Below, piece by piece: positions 18,033-26,820 of a stretch of DNA of 58,920 nt (positions within the stretch are counted from its first letter, which is position 1; each line of letters opens with the position of its first letter). The notes under the pieces are model-generated. The model saw only the letters and a list, made by a program, of their open reading frames with translations. It was not told where the DNA came from and ran no database searches. Source of the stretch: a virus (Duplodnaviria; Caudoviricetes); IMG/VR virus record IMGVR_UViG_3300027782_000095, positions 1-58,920 of that record; one strand, written 5' to 3'. A program made the translations under genes and the position numbers.

Positions 18033-18106
18033 AGCTAAGTAGCTCCAACATAATAGAGCCCTTACTTGTAGTAGGGAGCGTATGGGAGAATGACCCATCT
18101 TAGTTA
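18033..18106 (+). tRNA. Atypical tRNA-Thr(UGU)-like cloverleaf
   Basis: Acceptor AGCTAAG/CTTAGTT, D stem GCTC/GAGC, anticodon stem CCTTA/TAGGG with loop CT-TGT-AG, T stem ATGGG/CCCAT. T loop AGAATGA is non-canonical; no encoded CCA. Confidence 0.55.
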
Positions 18107-18112
18107 ATTTAT

Positions 18113-18599
18113 GGGCCTGCCTGGTTTTGACAGCAACAAGCAGGTAGTATCACACGCAAGGCGTAGTCAGTAGCCAAACAAACTGATTAACACTTAAAGG
18201 ACAACACAACAGTTGAACTTTCTGATATGACCTTTGATAGCTTAATGGCTTTCATTGGTGCTGACGAAGCTATTGCAGCCTAGTCTCAGACGAGTAGTTA
18301 TACTTTGGAACAGAAAATAGCAAGCGTAAAGACATAGGGTCTTCCTGTGACACTGACCATCCAAGACTATATGATGTAAAAAGAAAGCACAGTCCCAAAT
18401 TTCCTGGATTATTAGGACGTTAAAAACATTAGAAGCCAGGTGGTGGAATCTAACCTATGAGTTAGCCCTATTAGGGTGCAAAAGTCAGCTTAAACACTGA
18501 CTTTAGTACATGAGTTGTCAGCTCATACCTTGACTAAGCGTGTAAAAATGGTATTATTGGCAAATTGTTTGGACAGGGGTTCGAATCCCCTCAGGTCCA
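18113..18599 (+). ncRNA. ssrA: tmRNA
   Basis: Acceptor GGGCCTG/CAGGTCC-A with G3.U70; 5' TGGTTTTGAC; 3' GGAC-AGGGG-TTCGAAT-CCCCT. Tag ORF 18200-18283, after TTAAAG, encodes DNTTVELSDMTFDSLMAFIGADEAIAA*. Confidence 0.92.
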
Positions 18600-18656
18600 C
18601 TGATCGAAAGATTAAGGGAAAACTAAAGGGTTTTTCATAGGATTTGGATTGATAAC

Positions 18657-18683
18657 GCCCTTCGTTTCTACGAGGGGTTTTTT
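18657..18683 (+). terminator. Intrinsic terminator after tmRNA
   Basis: CCCTTCG/CGAGGGG hairpin plus T-tract. Confidence 0.7.
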
Positions 18684-18734
18684 ATATCTTATTTGCCAGC
18701 TTAAACCTGATTTTAAACCTATAAAACATAATAA

Positions 18735-19082
18735 ATGACAATGTACAGAGTAATAAATACTTTTGATTCTAAGAGTGAAAATAAAGAAGTGCATGAATAT
18801 ACTATCATGCAGTATACAAATGACAATGGTCATGAAGTGACAGCTCTTCACAGAAGTCATGATGACTGCTGGTCTGAAAATAACAGAGGTAAAGAAGTAA
18901 TTAAAGTTATAGACACAGGAGACATGGTTATATTTCCTAAAAAAGAATTTGCAGGAGATGTTGATTATGATAAATTAGCAGAATTATACATTCTATTACA
19001 TTTTATAAATAAAACAGAACGTATGCCTATGTACGAAGGTAAAATAGAAGAAATTATACCAACAAAAACTATTGAAATATGA
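18735..19082 (+). CDS. Hypothetical protein
   Basis: 115 aa ORF. Confidence 0.65.
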   Translation: MTMYRVINTFDSKSENKEVHEYTIMQYTNDNGHEVTALHRSHDDCWSENNRGKEVIKVIDTGDMVIFPKKEFAGDVDYDKLAELYILLHFINKTERMPMYEGKIEEIIPTKTIEI

Positions 19083-19633
19083 GTCCAGAAAAGTATCAAG
19101 AAGTTAAAGAAATTTATATAGACCATATACAAGGGTATATGAAAGAAGTGGGTAATTTATTTCCACACATTACAATATTTGCTGAACATAAGAATAAAAA
19201 AGAAAATGATAAACCAGCTATTATTCATATTCCTATAGATGATCAATATATGGAATCAGATGAAACAAAAGATGAATTTATTAATAACGTGGTACCTGAT
19301 GTGTTTAAAACAATTAAAAATGATTTTATTCCTTCAGCTGTAGTGTGGGGAACAGAAGCATGGGTGAGAACTGTTCATAAAGAAGAAGTGATAAATGATG
19401 AAATAGGTGACTATAAGAAAATACCAATTAAAAAAGAAGTGGTATTTGTTTCTATAGAAACTAAAGATCATCAAGAAAGCATTATTTATGACATTAAAAG
19501 AAAAGGTAAACAAGTAAACTCTGATGGAGATTTATCAGATATTATTGAACTTATTGAAGCTGATGAATCTGGTAGTATGAATAATACTAGTGGTAGATTT
19601 TCAGGTTTATTTAAATTATTAGAAAATGCTTAA
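19079..19633 (+). CDS. Hypothetical protein
   Basis: 184 aa; ATGA-type overlap; WGTEAW...EVVFVSIET. Confidence 0.65.
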   Translation: MSPEKYQEVKEIYIDHIQGYMKEVGNLFPHITIFAEHKNKKENDKPAIIHIPIDDQYMESDETKDEFINNVVPDVFKTIKNDFIPSAVVWGTEAWVRTVHKEEVINDEIGDYKKIPIKKEVVFVSIETKDHQESIIYDIKRKGKQVNSDGDLSDIIELIEADESGSMNNTSGRFSGLFKLLENA

Positions 19634-19793
19634 ATTTATAAAAAACTTATTTAATTTCTCAAAAACTAAACAATTAGAAGAAGAAGTGACAGCTTTAAAA
19701 GCAAAACTTGTAGAGAAACAAGAACAAATAAATCGCACCAATTCTTACTATAAAAAAGTTATTAGAGAGATTAAAAAGGCAAAGAGTAAGTAG
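19626..19793 (+). CDS. Small coiled-coil protein (55 aa)
   Basis: Manual translation MLKFIKNLF...LEEEVTALKAKLVEKQEQINRTN... Confidence 0.5.
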   Translation: MLKFIKNLFNFSKTKQLEEEVTALKAKLVEKQEQINRTNSYYKKVIREIKKAKSK

Positions 19794-19810
19794 TTATAGC
19801 TCTATTATCC
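19791..19810 (+). repeat. 20-bp repeat TAGTTATAGCTCTATTATCC, copy 2
   Basis: Exact match to the minus-strand copy at 2595-2614. Confidence 0.85.
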
Positions 19811-19881
19811 TAGTAATTATATAATTATGTATATTATTTAAATTATAAACAATATATTTATAGTATTAAATTATATACAAA

Positions 19882-20142
19882 GTGTTATATCAATTACCAA
19901 ATGGTAAAGTTATTGAGATTAGTACAGAGCAATTCATTGATATGACTGATGAAGAACTTGAGTATCTTATTGCCTATAATTATGGAGAAGTACAAGAAAA
20001 TCCATGGTTTGGCTCAATTCTCACTAAGCAGCCACCTGCACTGTTAGAAGATGTTCAGGATCTTCCACCAGATTTAACTCAAATTCCTGTAAACGACAAA
20101 ATAAATTTCTTAGACATTGATTATAATGTTGAAGAAGATTAA
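19882..20142 (+). CDS. Hypothetical acidic protein
   Basis: 86 aa, GTG start. Confidence 0.6.
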   Translation: MLYQLPNGKVIEISTEQFIDMTDEELEYLIAYNYGEVQENPWFGSILTKQPPALLEDVQDLPPDLTQIPVNDKINFLDIDYNVEED

Positions 20143-20150
20143 AAAACACT

Positions 20151-20174
20151 AGCCCCTCTATCGAGGGGTTTTTT
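20151..20174 (+). terminator. Intrinsic terminator
   Basis: GCCCCTC/GAGGGGT hairpin plus T-tract. Confidence 0.7.
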
Positions 20175-20190
20175 ATTTAAATTAAATTTT

Positions 20191-20673
20191 ATGACTCCAA
20201 AAGTAAGAGTAACAGCAGATGACAATGGAAATGTAATTGGCATCTTTAAAAACAATCCAGAGTATGGATACATTCGTGTTGAACAAGCATCTCCAGTAAT
20301 CAGTGATACAGGCTGGTTAAGAGTGAGTAGAAGATCTAGCTTTATTAAAGGTAAAGTAGATCAGTTACAAGCTTGTAATTATTCTAATGGACAAGAACTT
20401 GCTGGTAAGATTGTAGTGATTGAATCACTCGTTCCATTTAATATGGATAATCCAGATCGTGATCTTAAGATCGCAGGTGATACAGGTGTGATATGTCGCA
20501 TCAATGATCAACCAATTTATAGACAAGCATTTTATACAACAAATCCAAATGCAACAGATGACTTAATCTATCACACTAATGCAGATGAGATTAGAGAAGT
20601 ACAATCTGCTCAGCGTGAGATATCTAGTTTAAAAGCTAGTAAATCTAAAACTGAAGCAAGTTTAGATTTGTAG
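20191..20673 (+). CDS. Hypothetical protein, beta-rich
   Basis: 160 aa, flanked by terminator hairpins. Confidence 0.65.
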   Translation: MTPKVRVTADDNGNVIGIFKNNPEYGYIRVEQASPVISDTGWLRVSRRSSFIKGKVDQLQACNYSNGQELAGKIVVIESLVPFNMDNPDRDLKIAGDTGVICRINDQPIYRQAFYTTNPNATDDLIYHTNADEIREVQSAQREISSLKASKSKTEASLDL

Positions 20674-20691
20674 TAGATTTATGATTTAACC

Positions 20692-20727
20692 AGGGGTGTC
20701 ACATAATGTGATGCCCCTTATTTTTTA
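20692..20727 (+). terminator. Intrinsic terminator
   Basis: AGGGGTGTCACA/TGTGATGCCCCT hairpin plus T-tract. Confidence 0.7.
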
Positions 20728-20745
20728 TATATAAACATTTACAAA

Positions 20746-21267
20746 ATGAATTTAAACAAAACAATCTCAGCAAACTCTAAAGGTATAACAATTAGCTTTG
20801 GAGATGTAAACAAACATCAATTTGTTTATTATAACAACACTAATGATGCTGTTAAAAAAATTCAATTAAATGGTACTGCAAAGTATCAAGCAATAGAGTA
20901 TGTACACTTTAATAAAGTACAACAATCTCTATATAATCAAGCTGTATATGGACTAAAATCATTTTCTAATGAAGCTATTATGGAAATGGAAAAAGATCAA
21001 ATAAGAAACATCAAAGAAATGCATAATAGAGCTATGTATATAATTAATGATTATAAGCAAGAAGTTTCTAATGCTAAAGTTGATACTTTTTTATCTAAGA
21101 TATTTCCAAATTCACCAATAGTAAAACAGATGCTTTGCATCAAAGGTACAGACCCATCAATTAAAGTACCTATTTCCTTAAAAGACTTAAAAATTACATC
21201 TACAATGCTTTCTAAAAAACTTGTAGAATGTAGTGTATTACCAAAAAACTTTTTTAATTTAGTTTAA
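20746..21267 (+). CDS. Hypothetical protein
   Basis: 173 aa ORF. Confidence 0.65.
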   Translation: MNLNKTISANSKGITISFGDVNKHQFVYYNNTNDAVKKIQLNGTAKYQAIEYVHFNKVQQSLYNQAVYGLKSFSNEAIMEMEKDQIRNIKEMHNRAMYIINDYKQEVSNAKVDTFLSKIFPNSPIVKQMLCIKGTDPSIKVPISLKDLKITSTMLSKKLVECSVLPKNFFNLV

Positions 21268-21659
21268 TGATAACACCTAAACTTAAAATATGTGCTGGAT
21301 GTGAAGAACTAAAACACATATGGAAATCACATGGTAAAGAAAAATACTGCAAACAATGCTGGTATACTATCGAGAAACCAAAGTCCATAAAGCCTGTATC
21401 TATCAAGATGCAGGCTACTATGGATGAATACACTAAGAAAAGAAAAGCTTATTTAGCATTGTTTTCAACATGTCAAGCTACATTAGTAGATTGTACAGGT
21501 GGAGCCACTGATGTCCATCATATGGAAGGTCGTGGAGAGAATCATAATAAAGTGAGCACTTGGTTAGCTGTATGTAGAAACTGTCACAGATGGATTGAAG
21601 AAAATCCAGCTGAAGCTAAAGAGCTTGGCTTTTCTAGGTCAAGACTTAACGAGTCATAA
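21267..21659 (+). CDS. Zn-finger/HNH-type nuclease (NinG-like)
   Basis: CxxC...CxxC, then DVHH...GRG...CRNCH. Confidence 0.7.
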   Translation: MITPKLKICAGCEELKHIWKSHGKEKYCKQCWYTIEKPKSIKPVSIKMQATMDEYTKKRKAYLALFSTCQATLVDCTGGATDVHHMEGRGENHNKVSTWLAVCRNCHRWIEENPAEAKELGFSRSRLNES

Positions 21660-21765
21660 AACACTCAAAATGTATGATATAATCATCATTAATGACCCAT
21701 TATGGGCTTAATGTTGGTTATAACCTACAAAAAGAACGTTATTGTAGAAAATAAACAACAAACTT

Positions 21766-22209
21766 ATGACATCAATAGAATGGTTAATAGACCAACTGAT
21801 ACCTGAAGATCAGCACGAAGGAATAATGGATATTATAGAAGATGCTAAAGAAATGCACAAGCAAGAGATAATAGATGCATACTCTCAATGTGGTAGAGAT
21901 AACTTTGAGCATATAAAAGTTATTAATAGGTCTGCTACTGAATACTATCAAGAAACATTTGGAAGTAAGGGAAGTGATGCTACAAAAGAAGAATCTAAAC
22001 AAGAAACACTTGAAGAATCTACTAATATAGATTTCAGTTTATTCAAAAAAGGTTTTTTTAAATGGCAACAAGAACAACAACTTCCCCAACAAGAAATATC
22101 AGATGAAGAAATAGAAGATGTTGCTTGGGAAAGATATACAGGAGACTCTGCAAAACTTGGATTTATTGAAGGCTGTAAATGGTATAGAGAACAATTAAAA
22201 CAACTATAA
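21766..22209 (+). CDS. Mosaic hypothetical protein
   Basis: Short helical modules (IEWL...AKEMHKQEIIDAY...YYQETF; QETLEE; ISDEEIE...KWYREQLK). Confidence 0.6.
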   Translation: MTSIEWLIDQLIPEDQHEGIMDIIEDAKEMHKQEIIDAYSQCGRDNFEHIKVINRSATEYYQETFGSKGSDATKEESKQETLEESTNIDFSLFKKGFFKWQQEQQLPQQEISDEEIEDVAWERYTGDSAKLGFIEGCKWYREQLKQL

Positions 22210-22298
22210 CTTGGCAGTAAAATGAGTTTAGTGCCATTTTATAGAATATTTCCTATTAAAACATTAAAAAACATTAAAAACATAGAAAATTTTCCATT

Positions 22299-22502
22299 AT
22301 GGCATTAATTATTGACCCACCATCAGGATGGCAATATGGGTTTCCTAAACCTATTCCTGAAGATAGAAGATATGACTCTCTAACATGGCTGGTAGAACAA
22401 GGATATCCACAACATCTTATAGATGAACTAGGAGAACATTTCTATTGTAGATATTGGGAACAACCAGAAGATGGTGAAGAAGTTAAACAAGTATACCCAT
22501 GA
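22299..22502 (+). CDS. Hypothetical protein
   Basis: DPPSGWQYGFPK...WLVEQGYP. Confidence 0.65.
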   Translation: MALIIDPPSGWQYGFPKPIPEDRRYDSLTWLVEQGYPQHLIDELGEHFYCRYWEQPEDGEEVKQVYP

Positions 22503-22837
22503 GCTATGAAAAAGACACATTCTCTTTAGCTAAAGGCTTACATCACATCAACAGAGCTAAAATGTATTTTCAAGATGTGAGAATAGGCTGCACAGGAGAT
22601 TTAAAGAACACCTTTAATGGTTATATAAACAAATGTGATTTTATTCTTAACAACATCTTTGATAAGTTAGGAGAAGACACTCGTAAAGTATATAAAGAAG
22701 AATTATCAGATTCATTAGGACTTGATCACATTAACGATCAATTAATGAGATTAGATAATGATCAACGAACAGAGCTTGAAAACATCCTTGATAATATTGT
22801 TAAGGGTAAAAAAGTAAGCGTAACTGTTGAAGACTAA
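22499..22837 (+). CDS. Hypothetical protein
   Basis: 112 aa, ATGA overlap. Confidence 0.6.
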   Translation: MSYEKDTFSLAKGLHHINRAKMYFQDVRIGCTGDLKNTFNGYINKCDFILNNIFDKLGEDTRKVYKEELSDSLGLDHINDQLMRLDNDQRTELENILDNIVKGKKVSVTVED

Positions 22838-22930
22838 ATGTCCAGTTTATTGCACAAAAAACTTGACAAGAATGCATGAAATTTTAGGAAAAATTCATGC
22901 ATTTTTTATTAATAACTAATTGATAATCAA

Positions 22931-23122
22931 ATGGATGAAGAAAAAGCTATTGTAAAATTTAATAATGGCAATTTAGCATTGCTTTGTAGTGATTGTTACA
23001 CTATTATTAAAATAGGTAGAGACTTCACTAAAGAAGAACTTGAGTTTACAATGGGTAGTGATAAAAATCATTTACCTCCACAATATTGTGAAAAATGTAA
23101 AAATAAAACAAATAATGTTTGA
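22931..23122 (+). CDS. Small Zn-ribbon protein
   Basis: CSDC...CEKC. Confidence 0.6.
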   Translation: MDEEKAIVKFNNGNLALLCSDCYTIIKIGRDFTKEELEFTMGSDKNHLPPQYCEKCKNKTNNV

Positions 23123-23279
23123 TGAAATATTAAAAGCTCATGAACAATTAGAAGAGCTTAACAATCAAATTATTAGAGAAAAAGATAATTATATCAAAAA
23201 ATTAGAAAATTACATTTTAGAATTAAAAACTATTATTGAAACAACTATTTTAAGAAAACATGAAAAAATTAATAAATAA
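23115..23279 (+). CDS. Small coiled-coil protein
   Basis: Probable start MFDEIL. Confidence 0.45.
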   Translation: MFDEILKAHEQLEELNNQIIREKDNYIKKLENYILELKTIIETTILRKHEKINK

Positions 23280-23544
23280 AATTGATTGGTCACTATTTTT
23301 TGCTTTTGCTAATATAATTAGTGTATTTTATTTAGTTTGTTTAGCAGTGAGTCAAACTAAAACTGTTACAGAATTAGAAGGAAAAAATCAAATATTACAA
23401 ACAACTATAGATTCTTGTATAAATTCTAATTTTGAAGAAAATATCACTAATGGTAGATATGAAATCACTTTAGAAATCTTTAGAGAAAGAAATCCTAAAG
23501 CTGCAGAACAGTTTGAGGAGATTATGTCACATGAAACTGAATAA
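23260..23544 (+). CDS. Membrane-anchored hypothetical protein
   Basis: N-terminal TM segment followed by coiled coil. Confidence 0.55.
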   Translation: MKKLINKIDWSLFFAFANIISVFYLVCLAVSQTKTVTELEGKNQILQTTIDSCINSNFEENITNGRYEITLEIFRERNPKAAEQFEEIMSHETE

Positions 23545-23548
23545 TAGC

Positions 23549-23794
23549 ATGAATTCTAAAATAACAGCAGCAGAAGAAACATTCTGTATGTATAAACTAG
23601 GTAGAGAAGGTTCATTTATGACCTCTCTTATAGACACTATCTTTAAAGGAGATATACATAACCAAGCTAAACTAGGTAAAGGATACCCAGAGCTTGTAGA
23701 AGTTATTAGAAGATATGGTATTGAAAGAGGTTACTGGGAAGATTTAGTAAATAGATGGAATGAAGAATATCCAACACTTAAATTATACAGATAA
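23549..23794 (+). CDS. Hypothetical protein
   Basis: Probable start MNSKIT; GSF..SLI...AD..N..KL..GYP-type helical motif. Confidence 0.55.
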   Translation: MNSKITAAEETFCMYKLGREGSFMTSLIDTIFKGDIHNQAKLGKGYPELVEVIRRYGIERGYWEDLVNRWNEEYPTLKLYR

Positions 23795-24177
23795 TGTCAC
23801 ATCCTTATCACCACAGTATTTCTTCAGCTAAAAAACATGGAGGAATCTGGCAAGACTATATAAATATACACAACTGGTTTGATGAGACTAAAGCTCATTA
23901 CCCAGACATGAGGCATAGAGCCTTAAGACATCACTCAGAAGGTATCTTTTGGTGTGAAAAAGAATTTGGTGTGGTTGTTATCAATAAAGATGGTAAATCA
24001 GTTCCTGTACGTACTATAGGTGAACAACATCTTATGGAAGACATAGGACATATACCAACTATTAAAGACTATCTAGACTGTATGTCACAAGAAGGATGGA
24101 TGTACAAGCCTGGAGAAGGTAGAAAAATACTAAAAGAAATTAAAGAAGAAAAATTAGATTACACAACAAACATTTAA
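23794..24177 (+). CDS. His-rich protein, DUF6915-like
   Basis: HPYHHSISSAKKHGG, IHNWFDETK, RHRALRHH, GEQHLMEDIG. Confidence 0.7.
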   Translation: MSHPYHHSISSAKKHGGIWQDYINIHNWFDETKAHYPDMRHRALRHHSEGIFWCEKEFGVVVINKDGKSVPVRTIGEQHLMEDIGHIPTIKDYLDCMSQEGWMYKPGEGRKILKEIKEEKLDYTTNI

Positions 24178-24179
24178 AC

Positions 24180-24884
24180 ATGAAAAAATCAATTTTAAAA
24201 TGGATTGAAAACCTTGATAACGAAGGTAAAGAACTATCTATAGGATGGGAAGGTGGAGGAGACTCTGGCTGGGCTTATTTTCAAATAGATGGAGATAACG
24301 TTGATAATGAATATACAGAAGCTATTTTAGACTATATGTATACTGAATTAAACTATGGCTCATGGGCTGGAGAATTTCAAGCTAATGGTACAGCTATATA
24401 TGATGTTCCAACAAGAAAATTTGAAGGAACAGATTACTATGGTGAAGATGGAAATGATACATTAGATACTACTATTATAATCCAAGTTCCAAAGAAATTA
24501 TGGTTTGATACACTTCATGTAGAAGTAGAATGTAATTATGATGAAACACCAAATATTTCTATACAATTTATTGTAAAAAATGGCTTCTTAACTCAGGAAC
24601 ATTTAGATATTTGTAGTAACTTAGAGGAGGTTTTAAAAGATGAATTTGATGCACTTTTTAGTAATTATGAATCAACAGATAGTTGTGAATTTAGAGGCTC
24701 TAACGACAGCTGGATTTTAGAAAGAAAAGATGCTGTTGAAGAAGATGATATGTTAGTTTTTAAAATAGACAATGTGGAAATTAATACAATAGACAGTCAA
24801 GAAAGAACTATTGTATTAGAGCTAACTGATAATATCATTAACACTATTGATGAAAAATTAAATCAAACAGAAAATGCAAATTAA
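24180..24884 (+). CDS. Acidic protein with DUF6878-like N-terminus
   Basis: WEGGGDSG motif...YGSWAG. Confidence 0.5.
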   Translation: MKKSILKWIENLDNEGKELSIGWEGGGDSGWAYFQIDGDNVDNEYTEAILDYMYTELNYGSWAGEFQANGTAIYDVPTRKFEGTDYYGEDGNDTLDTTIIIQVPKKLWFDTLHVEVECNYDETPNISIQFIVKNGFLTQEHLDICSNLEEVLKDEFDALFSNYESTDSCEFRGSNDSWILERKDAVEEDDMLVFKIDNVEINTIDSQERTIVLELTDNIINTIDEKLNQTENAN

Positions 24885-25626
24885 TTATGCAGAACAAACC
24901 TATATTGTAAACAATAGAAGTGGGTTTGACTTAACAACAGCACTTAGACTTTGGAAGACTAAATACCAAGATGATTATAGAGATTTTCAGAAAGATGTTA
25001 TTACACATGAAAGCTTAAGTGACTTTGATGAGTTTGTACAAGACTGCTGGAATAAAATTATGGTAATTACAGTAGAGGAAGCTCTTCAAGTAGCTAATAC
25101 AGAAGAAAGACGTGTCTATTTTGATGCTATTGGTATAGAAAAACTATTCAAAGGTCTTGAACCTATTCTTTTAGATAAACAAGTAGTTGATAAAAAAAGA
25201 ACAAGATGGGATGATGATAATAAAGAGTATGAATATGTTTTTGAAGACATCTATGAGCTCTATCAAATAGAAGGTACTAAACTATATGATAAAGACAGAT
25301 GGGGCAATCCACCTAGTCCTGTATTTGCTGTAAGATGTTGGTGTACAACTACTAATAGAGAATATTGGCTGTATGTACCAAGAGAAGCTGCATTAGGATC
25401 TAGATGGTGGGCAACTGGAGATGAAGCAGAACAACCAGATGCTATTAGAGCAATTGCTTGGACTGTACGTGTTGACGTACCAGAAGAAAATTTAGAGAAG
25501 ATATATAGACAAGGAGATATTATTGTAGCTAAGATAAAACCTAAAGCTAAGCTTACAGAATCTACTTTTAGACCATATCATCTTTCTAAAGAACAATATT
25601 TAGCCCTCATGTATTCAGAAACTTAA
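24874..25626 (+). CDS. DUF6745-like protein with C-terminal YRQGD segment
   Basis: NTEERRV...IG, VRCWCTTTNREYWLYVP, DAIRAIAWT, YRQGDII. Confidence 0.6.
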   Translation: MQINYAEQTYIVNNRSGFDLTTALRLWKTKYQDDYRDFQKDVITHESLSDFDEFVQDCWNKIMVITVEEALQVANTEERRVYFDAIGIEKLFKGLEPILLDKQVVDKKRTRWDDDNKEYEYVFEDIYELYQIEGTKLYDKDRWGNPPSPVFAVRCWCTTTNREYWLYVPREAALGSRWWATGDEAEQPDAIRAIAWTVRVDVPEENLEKIYRQGDIIVAKIKPKAKLTESTFRPYHLSKEQYLALMYSET

Positions 25627-25631
25627 AAATT

Positions 25632-25886
25632 ATGTCAGAAACAAATAAAAAAGTTCAAGAATTATATATAGAAATTGCTAAAACAAGAAATAGTATAACA
25701 TACATAAGAGAACAAGTAGCAACTATAGCAGAAGAAGTAGAGTTATGTAAAGCTATATATGAAGCAGGAGGTGTTGATAGACTTCTTTATATACTAGGTG
25801 ATAGATTAGAACATCTTTTAGAAGAACTATCAGATGAATATAGTTTTAAACCTAATTATAGTGAAATAATAAAAGATAATTTATGA
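25632..25886 (+). CDS. Hypothetical helical protein
   Basis: 84 aa ORF. Confidence 0.55.
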   Translation: MSETNKKVQELYIEIAKTRNSITYIREQVATIAEEVELCKAIYEAGGVDRLLYILGDRLEHLLEELSDEYSFKPNYSEIIKDNL

Positions 25887-26371
25887 GTACAAAACTAATT
25901 GGTCATGTAGGAGTTGATTCAGGTCAACTTCTACTATGTGACCCATGTTATATAGACAGTCAATGGGTGAAGGAAGACTTTGAAGATTTCAGAGCATACC
26001 AACACAAAGACACAAAGAATGAGCTCACTTATAGAATAGATTTTAGAAACTATGCAGAACCTATAGAAGCTTATGGTGGAAAGAATATGAATGAGCTTAT
26101 AGAAACTGGTGAATGGGAAGAAATTCCTGACACTAAAGGAGCTGTTAATCCATTTAGTTATAATGCTTGTGCTAAAGCAACACTATCTGAGAATGGACAT
26201 GGTGAACTAAACTTCAATCATGGACATGCAGGAGCAGGTGTAGCATTCAGTACAGCATTTGGAGATGGATATTATCCAGTGATTGCACATTATATGACTG
26301 ATGGTACACTAAGAAGTGTAGAAGTGTTATTTCAGAATGATGATGAAGATGACGATGATATAGAAGATTAA
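25883..26371 (+). CDS. DUF4241-like protein
   Basis: GVDSGQLLLCDPCY and STAFGDGYYPV motifs. Confidence 0.6.
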   Translation: MSTKLIGHVGVDSGQLLLCDPCYIDSQWVKEDFEDFRAYQHKDTKNELTYRIDFRNYAEPIEAYGGKNMNELIETGEWEEIPDTKGAVNPFSYNACAKATLSENGHGELNFNHGHAGAGVAFSTAFGDGYYPVIAHYMTDGTLRSVEVLFQNDDEDDDDIED

Positions 26372-26392
26372 TTCACAATTAAAAAAATAAAA

Positions 26393-26638
26393 ATGAACAA
26401 AGCAAAACGTATTGTCCTTGGTGAAGGAGAAATTATTGGACACAAACATATTCTAGAGTCTAAGAAAGACATGGAATACACACAAGACACAGACAGCATA
26501 ACATTTATGTTAGCTGACATGGGTATTCTTACACATGATGAACATGATAAGATGGTATTTTCTAAAGGGAAGTACAGATCATATAATCAAGTGGAGTTTA
26601 ATCCTTTTGATAACACAGTACAAAGAGTATTTGACTAA
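26393..26638 (+). CDS. His-rich small beta protein (usual DUF6745 partner)
   Basis: LGEGEIIGHKH...LTHDEH...GKY...QVEF...RVFD. Confidence 0.65.
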   Translation: MNKAKRIVLGEGEIIGHKHILESKKDMEYTQDTDSITFMLADMGILTHDEHDKMVFSKGKYRSYNQVEFNPFDNTVQRVFD

Positions 26639-26820
26639 TGAATAGAGAAAAATTCAAAAAGCAGTTGCTTGATGAAGGGTTTACTAAAGCTGAAATAGAT
26701 GCATATTTTAGAAAAAAAGATAATGCAGAAAAAAAGAAGCAAGAACAAAAAAAGCTTCAAAAAAAGCTTGATAAAAAATGTAAACCTATTATTTTTTATG
26801 GTTATAATACAAATAAATAA
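26638..26820 (+). CDS. Small basic protein
   Basis: 60 aa, Lys-rich, TAATG coupling. Confidence 0.5.
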   Translation: MNREKFKKQLLDEGFTKAEIDAYFRKKDNAEKKKQEQKKLQKKLDKKCKPIIFYGYNTNK

